Source: a virus (taxonomy: Duplodnaviria; Caudoviricetes). From it: a DNA stretch of 24,967 nucleotides. The notes under the pieces are model-generated. The model was not told the DNA's origin. It did not search any database and saw only the letters and a program-made list of their open reading frames with translations. The translations under genes and the position numbers were made by a program. Below are positions 1 to 8,157 of this stretch, piece by piece (position 1 is the stretch's first letter; every line of letters starts with the position of its first letter). The DNA lies in IMG/VR virus record IMGVR_UViG_3300020043_000013, positions 1 through 24,967 of that record. The stretch is one strand, 5' to 3'.

Positions 1-2
1 CA

Positions 3-809
3 GATAGCCTTGCCTCGGCTACTTTAGATAACTACGCCGTTGAAGGGGCGACAGCTTCTGACGCTACCATGTCTCCAACCACTCGTGTTGGCAACCGCAC
101 TCAGATCGCTCAGAAGACTGTCAAGATCTCTGGCACTTTGCAGAGCGTTGACAAAGCAGGCCGCAAATCTGAAAAAGCCTATCAACTGGCTAAAGCATCG
201 AGCGAAATTAAGCGGGACATGGAAACAACCTTGTTGAGCAACCAGATTGCTGCTAATGGCAACAGTTCTACTGCTCGCAAATTGGGTGGTCTGCAAGCAT
301 GGTTGAACAGCAACTATGATGGTGGTACTAATGGCGTTGCTGGTGATTTGGGTACTACTGCTCGTACCAACGGCACTAATCGCACTTTCACAGAAGACAT
401 TTTGAAGACTGTTATCCGTGAAGTTTACGCTTCTGGTGGCAATCCCAAAGTGTTGATGGTCAACCCTGCACACAAGCAATTGGTGTCTGCTTTTGCTGGT
501 ATCGCTGCACAGCGTTTCATGGCCCCTAGCAATGCTCCTACTACCATCATTGGCGCGGCTGATGTCTATTTGAGCGATTTCGGTACAGTTTCTGTTGTGC
601 CTAACCGCTTTATGACTTCTACCAACTCATGTGATGATGTTGCATTTATTGTTGACCCTGACATGGCTGCTATTGCTTATCTGCGCCCATTCCAGACCAA
701 CGAGTTGGCTGTTACTGGCGACAATGAAACCACACAATTGCTGTGTGAGTTCACATTGGAAGTTAAGAACCAAGCTGCTCACGGGATTTTGGCAGACCTC
801 ACTCCATAA
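3..809 (+). CDS. Major capsid protein (DUF5309/SU10-like), 5'-truncated by window edge
   Basis: Frame is open from base 3 (DSLASATLDNYAVEGATASDATMSPTTRVGNRTQI...). Motifs NxTQI..K...SGT, E.KRDME, YxSDFGxVxVVPNRFM, AYLRPF...LA.TGD. Followed by a terminator. Confidence 0.85.
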   Translation, partial: DSLASATLDNYAVEGATASDATMSPTTRVGNRTQIAQKTVKISGTLQSVDKAGRKSEKAYQLAKASSEIKRDMETTLLSNQIAANGNSSTARKLGGLQAWLNSNYDGGTNGVAGDLGTTARTNGTNRTFTEDILKTVIREVYASGGNPKVLMVNPAHKQLVSAFAGIAAQRFMAPSNAPTTIIGAADVYLSDFGTVSVVPNRFMTSTNSCDDVAFIVDPDMAAIAYLRPFQTNELAVTGDNETTQLLCEFTLEVKNQAAHGILADLTP

Positions 810-832
810 GTCTCGCATTGATTTAACGCTAT

Positions 833-866
833 AATGCCTCTATGTTAATTCATAGGGGCATTTTTT
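833..866 (+). terminator. Rho-independent terminator after capsid gene
   Basis: AATGCCTCTATG-ttaatt-CATAGGGGCATT stem-loop followed by a T run. Confidence 0.8.
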
Positions 867-1448
867 ATGGCTAAATCTTTGTGTAATGTTGATGGATGTG
901 AAAAGTTTGTTCATGCTAAAAATTTATGTGCAAATCATTACCACAGACTTAAGGTCTATGGAGATTTAAATGTAAGTAGCAAACCAAGAGGAACAATAGA
1001 AGAAAGATTCTGGAGATTTATTGTAAAAAATGAATCTTGTTGGTCATGGACTGGAAACAAGGCAAGCGGATATGGTCGTGTTTCTGCTGGCAAACATTCA
1101 GAAGGATATGTATTAGCTCATAGATTTTCTTGGGAGCTTCATAACAAGCAAAAGATTCCTGAAGGTATGTTTGTTATGCACAAATGTGACAATCCAGAAT
1201 GTACAAATCCAGAACATTTGATGATTGGAACACCAAAGGAAAATACGCAAGATATGCTTGCAAAAGGAAGAAGGCGTGTTGTTGCTCCACTAGGAACTGA
1301 GAATGGGAAATCAATTCTTGATGAAGAAAAAGTAAGGTTTATAAGAGCAAGTGATTTGCCTCATGCACAATTAGCAAAACTACTAGAAGTTTCACCTAGT
1401 TGCGTAAGAGGTGTAAGGATTGGAAGAACTTGGTCGCACATTAAATAA
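867..1448 (+). CDS. Free-standing HNH homing endonuclease (N-terminal Cys/His finger, HNH core, C-terminal HTH)
   Basis: CxxxGC...LCxxHYxR; AHRFSWELH; VMHKCDNPECTNPEHL..GT..EN..DM; C-terminal HTH-like segment; visibly AT-rich relative to its flanks. Confidence 0.9.
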   Translation: MAKSLCNVDGCEKFVHAKNLCANHYHRLKVYGDLNVSSKPRGTIEERFWRFIVKNESCWSWTGNKASGYGRVSAGKHSEGYVLAHRFSWELHNKQKIPEGMFVMHKCDNPECTNPEHLMIGTPKENTQDMLAKGRRRVVAPLGTENGKSILDEEKVRFIRASDLPHAQLAKLLEVSPSCVRGVRIGRTWSHIK

Positions 1449-1469
1449 TGTGTGTTTTTTAACCAAAAC

Positions 1470-1485
1470 TGATAGAATTGCACTA
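1470..1485 (+). promoter_or_regulatory. Extended -10 promoter, probably giving a leaderless mRNA
   Basis: TG-a-TAGAAT (1470-1478), then 6 nt, then ATG 1485; no Shine-Dalgarno. Confidence 0.5.
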
Positions 1486-1790
1486 TGGAAAACATTAGAC
1501 AAACTGCTGTTCATGCCGATGGCGAAGGTGGCATCGTTATTCAAACTCGTCAGGATGTTTCTGACATTGTTGAGCAGAACAAAAAAGAATATAACTCGTT
1601 TGACGAGAGAGCAAGATGGTCTGATAACTTGTTTGGCAATAAGGTTGCATCTATCCCAATGACAGTTATTGATGACTTGAACAAACAAGGAATCATGCGA
1701 GGTTTTGCTGTTCTTGATGACAAGCGTTTTGCTGCTTGGTTAAATGACCCAATGAATCGTGCATGGCGCACTAGAACAGGAGTAGTATGA
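1485..1790 (+). CDS. Hypothetical virion-region protein
   Basis: 101-aa ORF, ATGA-coupled to the next gene, located between capsid and adaptor. Confidence 0.75.
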   Translation: MENIRQTAVHADGEGGIVIQTRQDVSDIVEQNKKEYNSFDERARWSDNLFGNKVASIPMTVIDDLNKQGIMRGFAVLDDKRFAAWLNDPMNRAWRTRTGVV

Positions 1791-2407
1791 GTTTCGCAAC
1801 TTACTCTGAATTAAAGACCTCTATCGCAGGTTATCTTGCTAGATCAGATTTGACTAGCCAGATTCCAGACTTCATTACCTTTGCTGAGAATCGTCTTCGC
1901 AGAGAATTGCGTGTTCGTCAGATGCTCAAGTCTGTAACGACAGCTACAGTATCTGGTGATTCAACTGTTGAGTTACCTAGTGACTTTTTAGAAATTCGTG
2001 ATTTTGTCGTACTGACAAACCCAATTCAGCCATTGAGTTACTCTAGCCCATCTGCGTTGTCTAATGACCCAAGAGCATCAGAAGTTGGTGTTCCTAAGTC
2101 TTATACGATCTTGGCTAACGAGTTCTTAATGTCGCCTCCTCCTGATGGTGTTTACACATTGAGAATGTTGTACTTTGCTGCCCCTCCATATCTATCAAGC
2201 AGTAACGCATCTAATGTGTTTTTGAATATCGCACCTGATGCTCTTATTTATGCGGCATTGATTGAGGCAGAGCCTTGGTTAATGAATGATGCTCGAATCA
2301 ATACATGGGGAACTATGTATGACAGAGCGATCTCCTCCCTTACCAAGTCTGACGAAAAAGGTCAGTACTCTGGTGTCCCATTAGCAATGAAACTTACTGC
2401 AAGGTGA
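1787..2407 (+). CDS. Head-tail adaptor protein (podovirus gatekeeper-like)
   Basis: TY.ELK..IA.YL.R.DLT..IPDFI..AE.RL.R.LR start; PDxxxYxALxEA motif; size and position; AGGAG RBS. Confidence 0.7.
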   Translation: MSFATYSELKTSIAGYLARSDLTSQIPDFITFAENRLRRELRVRQMLKSVTTATVSGDSTVELPSDFLEIRDFVVLTNPIQPLSYSSPSALSNDPRASEVGVPKSYTILANEFLMSPPPDGVYTLRMLYFAAPPYLSSSNASNVFLNIAPDALIYAALIEAEPWLMNDARINTWGTMYDRAISSLTKSDEKGQYSGVPLAMKLTAR

Positions 2408-2411
2408 AACT

Positions 2412-2798
2412 ATGGCTGAAATGTCCAACTACCTCGAAAATGCGTTAATCAATGTAACGCTACGAGCAACCGCTTACACAGCACCAACAACTGTTTATGT
2501 GGCACTTTATACCTCTGACCCAACAGATGCTGATACTGGAACTGAGTGTTCTGGTACTAGCTATGCTCGTCAGGCTGTGACCTTTGGTGCGCCTAGCAAT
2601 GGTGCGACTACCAACTCTGCGGCTGTTGAGTTTCCTCAAGCTGGTGGCTCATGGGGAACGATTACCCATATCGGTATTCGTGATGCTTTGACTACTGGCA
2701 ACTTGCTGTATCACACAGCCTTAGATGCGTCTAAGACCATTGCAACTGGTGATGTGTTTCGCATTGCCTCTGGTTCATTGAGCGTCACATTGGCGTGA
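2412..2798 (+). CDS. Small tail/fibre-associated structural protein
   Basis: MSNYLENAL..., YVALYTSDP, SYARQAV, FP.A..SWGTITH.GI.DA.T.GNLL: a common phage tail module. Confidence 0.65.
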   Translation: MAEMSNYLENALINVTLRATAYTAPTTVYVALYTSDPTDADTGTECSGTSYARQAVTFGAPSNGATTNSAAVEFPQAGGSWGTITHIGIRDALTTGNLLYHTALDASKTIATGDVFRIASGSLSVTLA

Positions 2799-2799
2799 G

Positions 2800-3690
2800 A
2801 TGGCTGATTTACTGCCTCCGTGGACAATTGACTCGCTAGACAATTTAAAGTCTAGCATTGATGACTTAACACTCACACTCGATAGTCCACTCTACACAAC
2901 CTCAGTAACCCTATGGGATGCCTATGGGTCTGTTAGCGCTTCTGCGAGCGTTACAGCTAGTGGCACTAGGGTTCAGTTTGGTAGTGGGGCAGTAGATGGT
3001 ACGGCAACAGTTACGGCTGATGCTGTCAGGATTCAGTTTGCTAGTGCAAGCATTACAGGCTCTGCAAGTGCTTCATGCGATGCTACGAGAGTTCAGTTTG
3101 CTTCAGGCTCAATAGACGCTAATGCGACTGTTACTGCTGATGCGATCAGGGTTCAGTTTGCCTCTGGAAGCATTACAGGAAATGCAGATGTAACTGCTGT
3201 TGGTGGCATTATTAAGGATGCTGTAGCCTCTATTACTGGTGAAGCAACTGTTACCGCCAATGGTGGAATTGTTGCTGAAGGTGTTGCCTCTATCACAGGT
3301 AACGCAACAGTAACTGCTGACGCTATCAGGGTGCGTGATGCTGTAGGCGCAATAACTGGTACTGCTACTGTAACGGCTCAAGCAATCAGAGTTCAAAATT
3401 CTATTGCGAGTGTTACTTGTAATGCAGATTTTACGGCTTCTGCTTCCGCAATTTACGCAGGAGTTGGTAGCGTTATTGGTACAGCTACGATCACAGCAAA
3501 TGGCGTGATTCTTGGTGAGAACTGGACACCAGTACCAGAAGACGAAAACACTTGGACTCCTGTATCAACAGACTCAAACACATGGACTGTTGTTTCTAGC
3601 GACACAAATACTTGGACACCAGTATCAGCTAATGACAACACATGGTCAATTCAGGCTCAAGGAAGTAATACATGGCTACGACAAAATTAG
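2800..3690 (+). CDS. Ala/Thr/Ser-rich repeat structural protein (20-aa repeats plus Trp-periodic 10-aa repeats)
   Basis: 296-aa ORF in the tail cluster with obvious internal periodicity. Confidence 0.75.
   Translation: MADLLPPWTIDSLDNLKSSIDDLTLTLDSPLYTTSVTLWDAYGSVSASASVTASGTRVQFGSGAVDGTATVTADAVRIQFASASITGSASASCDATRVQFASGSIDANATVTADAIRVQFASGSITGNADVTAVGGIIKDAVASITGEATVTANGGIVAEGVASITGNATVTADAIRVRDAVGAITGTATVTAQAIRVQNSIASVTCNADFTASASAIYAGVGSVIGTATITANGVILGENWTPVPEDENTWTPVSTDSNTWTVVSSDTNTWTPVSANDNTWSIQAQGSNTWLRQN
2920..3510 (+). repeat. About 10 degenerate 60-nt (20-aa) coding repeats
   Basis: Consecutive 60-nt lines align, e.g. (g/a)ttcagtttg at 2971, 3031, 3091, 3151; consensus ASITGNATVTADAIRVQFAS. 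Confidence 0.9.
3517..3690 (+). repeat. Six 30-nt (10-aa) NTWT repeats
   Basis: ENWTPVPEDE/NTWTPVSTDS/NTWTVVSSDT/NTWTPVSAND/NTWSIQAQGS/NTWLRQN. Confidence 0.9.
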
Positions 3691-5117
3691 TATTTGGTGA
3701 ATGGATGCCTGACCAGCCTAGCATCTCTGGTGCTTTGGTGGATGCTAAGAATGTGGTTTCTCAGGCTTTAGGTTATGGCCCATTCCCAACAGCGGCTACA
3801 TTCTCTGCGGCTGCTTCTGAAAACTTGACTACATTGGTAGCAGGTAAAACCCCTGCAAACGCAACAAAACTGTTTGCTGCTGGCTCAACCAAGATATTTG
3901 ATGTGTCTGGTGTTGGTGCTTTGACCAATGTATCTAAGACAGGTGGATACACACCTAATGCCTCTGGTGATAGATTTAGGTTTACTCAGTTTGGTAATGC
4001 GATTATTGGGACTAACAATAGTGACCCAATACAAGTCTACACCTTGGGAACTTCCACAGCATTTGCTGATTTATCTGGTAGTGCGCCTAAGTGCAAGTTT
4101 TTGACAGTAGTTCGTGACTTTGTGGTTACAGCGCTGACAACTGAGAGTTCTACTGTTTACCCTGCTCGTGTTCGTTGGTCAGGAATCAATGATGAGACTA
4201 CATGGGGTTCTAGCCAAGTAACGCAAGCTGACTTTCAGGACATTCCTGATGGTGGTCAGATTGTTGGGATTCGTGGTGGTGAGTTTGGTCTTGTCTTAAT
4301 GGAAAAAGGTATCTCTCGCATGAGTTATATCGGTACGCCATTTATCTTCCAGTTTGACAATATCTCTCGTGGTAAGGGTTGCATCGCTGCTGGTTCTATT
4401 GCACAGGTTCAGGGTGTAACCTTTTTCTTGTCAGACGATGGTTTTTACTCTTGCGATGGTCAGCAAGTTACTGCCATTGGTTCAGAGAAGGTAGATCGTT
4501 GGTTCTTTGCCAATGCAGATGAGAGTGGATTTGACTCCATGTCAGCGGCTATTGACCCTGTTCGCAAGTTAGTTATCTGGAACTTCAAAACTACATTTGC
4601 ACAGCGTAAACTGGTTATCTATAACTTCAGGACTATGAAGTGGACTTATGGGGATGCAGGGACTGACTTTATCTCTGATGCCTCTACCTCTGCCACTACG
4701 CTTGAGGGATTGGATTCGATCTCCAACAGCATTGATGCTTTGACAGTATCTTTGGACTCTATCCTTTACATGGGTGGTAAGTACTTCTTAGGTGGTACGA
4801 GTGGTGCTTATGTAATGACTTATAACGGTGCTAACGCTACTGCAAACATCGTAACTGGCGATTTAAACGCTGGTGGAAGATCGGTAGTCACATTGGCTAG
4901 ACCTTTGATTGATGGAGGCTCTGCGACTGTTTCTGTGGCTTCTAGGACACTTTTAAGTGAGCAACCTAGCTTTGGAACTGCTGTAGCGGCTGACTCTGAT
5001 AACAGGGTATCTTTAAGGGGTAATGGAAACTATCACCAGTTTCAGGTTGTTCCTACTGGTCAATGGAAAACTGCTGTTGCTTTGGATGTTGAGTTTCAAG
5101 GTCAGGGAGTTAGGTAA
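3672..5117 (+). CDS. Tail nozzle / packaged-DNA stabilisation protein (P22 gp10-like)
   Basis: 481 aa, beta-rich; FGEWMPDQP, RVRWS..ND...W, GCIA.GSI, FFLSDDGFY..DG, IG.EKVDRWF; position. Confidence 0.7.
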   Translation: MATTKLVFGEWMPDQPSISGALVDAKNVVSQALGYGPFPTAATFSAAASENLTTLVAGKTPANATKLFAAGSTKIFDVSGVGALTNVSKTGGYTPNASGDRFRFTQFGNAIIGTNNSDPIQVYTLGTSTAFADLSGSAPKCKFLTVVRDFVVTALTTESSTVYPARVRWSGINDETTWGSSQVTQADFQDIPDGGQIVGIRGGEFGLVLMEKGISRMSYIGTPFIFQFDNISRGKGCIAAGSIAQVQGVTFFLSDDGFYSCDGQQVTAIGSEKVDRWFFANADESGFDSMSAAIDPVRKLVIWNFKTTFAQRKLVIYNFRTMKWTYGDAGTDFISDASTSATTLEGLDSISNSIDALTVSLDSILYMGGKYFLGGTSGAYVMTYNGANATANIVTGDLNAGGRSVVTLARPLIDGGSATVSVASRTLLSEQPSFGTAVAADSDNRVSLRGNGNYHQFQVVPTGQWKTAVALDVEFQGQGVR

Positions 5118-5890
5118 TGTTTAGAAGCCTACCTCCTTTTGGTGGAGATCAGCGTCAGACTGCTGAGGTCGTGCGTGGAATCATGGATGGCAAGACCAAT
5201 AATACTGGTTCGCTGACCTTGGCTACTGGTGGTGCTACGACTACCACTCTGAACGACAGAAGGATTGGTGGGGATAGCGTTATTTTGTTTGTTCCAGCCT
5301 CTGCTGCGGCTTTTACAGACTATATGCCTTATGGGGCATTTCAGAGCCTTGTTGACCAGACTGCTGCCACAGCAAATACGGCTTACGCCATGACAATGGA
5401 CACCACAGATTTTTCTAATGGTGTAACGCTGTCTAACAGTTCTAGGATGAATGTCAAGAACACAGGTCTTTATAACTTCCAATGGTCTGGTCAGTTTGAG
5501 AATACCGACTCCCAAGATCACGATGTGAGGGTTTGGATTAAGGTTAATGGAACTAACCTTACTGGCTCAACTGGATTCTTTGCTGTACCTAGCAAGCATG
5601 GCTCAGTAGATGGTCGTGCTTTGGTTGGGTGGAACTATTATCTAAGCCTAAACGCCAATGATTATGTGGAACTTTGGTGGGAGACAGACAATGTTCTGGT
5701 AAGTCTGCAAGCCTACGCTGCTGGAACAAACTACCCATCTACAGCGTCTTTGATTACCACGATGAACTACATTTCGCCCTCTGCTTTGACTAACATTTAT
5801 GCTAGTTCTGTTGGACAGGGAACGGCTACGATTTCTCACTTTGCAAACTCAACTGCTAATAAGACATACAAATATGTTGTTATTGGTTAA
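5117..5890 (+). CDS. Tail-associated protein with a central beta-sandwich-like domain
   Basis: 257 aa, TAATG-coupled to nozzle; GxYNFQWS.Q...WIKVNG...L.LNANDYVELWW resembles a C1q/BclA-like fold. Confidence 0.6.
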   Translation: MFRSLPPFGGDQRQTAEVVRGIMDGKTNNTGSLTLATGGATTTTLNDRRIGGDSVILFVPASAAAFTDYMPYGAFQSLVDQTAATANTAYAMTMDTTDFSNGVTLSNSSRMNVKNTGLYNFQWSGQFENTDSQDHDVRVWIKVNGTNLTGSTGFFAVPSKHGSVDGRALVGWNYYLSLNANDYVELWWETDNVLVSLQAYAAGTNYPSTASLITTMNYISPSALTNIYASSVGQGTATISHFANSTANKTYKYVVIG

Positions 5891-5935
5891 CTTTCAATTT
5901 ATAATGGATTCCGTGGATGACCCATCTTGGAATCC
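5877..5935 (+). promoter_or_regulatory. Sigma70-like promoter and adjacent stem-loop upstream of ejection genes
   Basis: TTGTTA(5877)-N17-TATAAT(5900); GGATTCC(5906-5912)/GGAATCC(5929-5935) stem; AGGAG RBS. Confidence 0.55.
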
Positions 5936-5954
5936 GAAACTCTAGGAGTAAAAG

Positions 5955-6767
5955 ATGGCGACTACTACCACATCCACAATTGACCCAACAATCCAACCAT
6001 TCTTATCTTATGGTTTGACTGAGGCACAAAAGCTATATCAGCAAGGTGGCCCTCAGTACTATTCTGGTCAGACTTATGTAAGCCCCTCAGAAACCACTCA
6101 AACTGGTATTCAGGCTTTAGAGGCTCGTGCTTCTCAGGGTAATCCCTTACTTTCATCTGCACAAGGACAACTTCAGAACACCATCTCTGGTGGGTTCTTG
6201 CAAGGCAATCCATTCTTTCAGGGTGCGTTTCAACCAGCGGCTCAAGCGGCTCAGTCTAGGTTTGAGCAGACATTAGGTGATGTTGGTTCTGCGGCTTCTC
6301 GTGCAGGTCGTTATGGTGGTGGTGCAATGCAGACACTACAAGATCGTGCGAGTGGTCAGTTTGCTAAGAGTTTGGCTGATACTGCTGGAACTTTGGCTTA
6401 TCAGAACTACGAGGCAGAGCGTGGTCGCCAACAAGCGGCTACGATGGCTGCACCTGAGATGGCTCAAGCTGACTACCAAGACATTCAAAATATGCTCAAG
6501 GCTGGTCAGATGCGTGAGGGCTACACAGGCCAACAACAGCAAGCTGATATTGAGAGGTTTAACTATGAGCAAACTCAGCCACAACAGAACCTGACAAACT
6601 TCTTGTCTAGTGTTTATGGCAATCCATTGGGTCGCCCTAACTCAATGAATACTGTCCAAAGTGCATCTAACTTCCAAAACCTATTAGGTACTGCTGCCTT
6701 GTTGGGTGGTATTGAAAGCAATACTGGATGGTTGAGTGGTGGATGGAATAAATTGTTTGGAAAGTAA
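5955..6767 (+). CDS. Probable DNA ejection / internal virion protein 1
   Basis: Gln/Ala/Gly-rich; GRYGGGA and YQNYEAER..Q motifs; first of three large genes after the tail genes. Confidence 0.6.
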   Translation: MATTTTSTIDPTIQPFLSYGLTEAQKLYQQGGPQYYSGQTYVSPSETTQTGIQALEARASQGNPLLSSAQGQLQNTISGGFLQGNPFFQGAFQPAAQAAQSRFEQTLGDVGSAASRAGRYGGGAMQTLQDRASGQFAKSLADTAGTLAYQNYEAERGRQQAATMAAPEMAQADYQDIQNMLKAGQMREGYTGQQQQADIERFNYEQTQPQQNLTNFLSSVYGNPLGRPNSMNTVQSASNFQNLLGTAALLGGIESNTGWLSGGWNKLFGK

Positions 6768-6770
6768 ATC

Positions 6771-8156
6771 ATGGCTGGATTACTAGATATTTTTGGCACA
6801 AGTGGTCAAGACACAATGGGTCTTCTGGGGATGTCTCCAGAGGACATTCAGAAGAATCGTTCTGATGCACAAGCCCAAGCACTCTACGCATTAGCAGGTC
6901 GCCTATTCCAAGGTGGTAGAGGTGGAGCATCTATTGTTGAGGGTCTTCAGCAAGGTCAGCAAGCCTACAAGACTGCCATGCAAGGCAATCTGCAACAGCA
7001 ACTACAAAACGCACAAGTTCAAGAAATGTTGCGTAAGCGTCAACAAGAACAGGCTGCGTTGGCTGAACAAAAGCGTATTCAAAACATCCTTGGTCAAGCT
7101 GTTACTCCAGAGCAAGTTACATACGAAGGTATGCCAAGTCAATTCCCTGCTCGTGATGACGAGGGTAACTTAATGCCAAACATGGCTGTAAAACCTGCTG
7201 GATTTGATTTAAATCGTATTGCACCTCAATTGATTGGCTCTCAACAAGGTCAAGCCGCATTGGGACAACTAGCTGATCTAATGCCTAAACTGCGTAGGGC
7301 AGGGATTGGTGCTGAACAAAGACCAGAAGACAATCCATTCTTGGTGTTTACGCAAGACGAGACTATTCCTAAGAATGTCAGAACTCTTGCTGAACAATAT
7401 TCTAAGAGTTGGTCTAGTGGTCGCTTAGACCCTGATGTTGCTGACAAGCGATTCTCTGAACTTACTTCTATGGCTCAAAGAATACAAGACAAAAACATTT
7501 CACAAGCAAATATCGAAGCAGCGCAAGCACAAACCAAAGCATTTCAAACAGCAATGACTGACTTGAAAGAAAGAGGACTACAAAATTCTGCTGAATATAA
7601 GCAATTGCAAGCACAAAATACTGCTGCATTGTTGGCTCTTAAAACAGCCGCAAGTGCTAATAAATTTTTGCCAGCAAGTCTCCAGAAGTCTGAAGATGAA
7701 GATTTGCAAGCTATCAATAGCTATAAAGCAACACAGAAAGAGTTGTTCTCTCCACTTAAAGCATTGACTCCAGACCCTATTACTAAGAAACCAATGCTAG
7801 AACTTGGCCCTGTTCAGAACTTGCGTTATCAAGCAGCCAACTTAACTGGTGATTCAACTGAAGCAAGTCGTGCGTATGCAGACTTACAATCTTCAGTTAA
7901 AAATGCTGTTAACTTAAAAGTTAGTGCAGAAAAAGGCGTACAGACAGACAAGGATGTTTTGCGTTTTGCTGATGCTTTGATTGCTGCATATGGAAGAAAT
8001 GATACTAAAGCAACATTGGAAGCATTGAAGAAATTTAATGATTCAATTGCTACTGCACAGGAAAACACAATCAAACTTATTGAACAGCGCAGAAAATCTC
8101 AGGGTGTAGCACCTTTATTTGGTGATACAAATAGAAATGTTAATGTGAACTACTAA
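6771..8156 (+). CDS. Probable DNA ejection / internal virion protein 2
   Basis: MAGLLD start, Gln/Ala-rich helical composition, position. Confidence 0.55.
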   Translation: MAGLLDIFGTSGQDTMGLLGMSPEDIQKNRSDAQAQALYALAGRLFQGGRGGASIVEGLQQGQQAYKTAMQGNLQQQLQNAQVQEMLRKRQQEQAALAEQKRIQNILGQAVTPEQVTYEGMPSQFPARDDEGNLMPNMAVKPAGFDLNRIAPQLIGSQQGQAALGQLADLMPKLRRAGIGAEQRPEDNPFLVFTQDETIPKNVRTLAEQYSKSWSSGRLDPDVADKRFSELTSMAQRIQDKNISQANIEAAQAQTKAFQTAMTDLKERGLQNSAEYKQLQAQNTAALLALKTAASANKFLPASLQKSEDEDLQAINSYKATQKELFSPLKALTPDPITKKPMLELGPVQNLRYQAANLTGDSTEASRAYADLQSSVKNAVNLKVSAEKGVQTDKDVLRFADALIAAYGRNDTKATLEALKKFNDSIATAQENTIKLIEQRRKSQGVAPLFGDTNRNVNVNY

Positions 8157-8157
8157 T

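Noticed and set aside
24-818. ORFs 24-479(-), 40-237(+), 627-818(-) and 631-834(+) overlapping the capsid gene
   Set aside because: Shadow frames of a well-supported gene, with no RBS or recognisable motifs. The same applies to the other antisense and alternate-frame ORFs in the track, except Rz1.
867-1448. Endonuclease genes as parts of group I introns or inteins
   Set aside because: Flanking genes are complete and there is no non-coding space for a ribozyme core; no intein splice motifs
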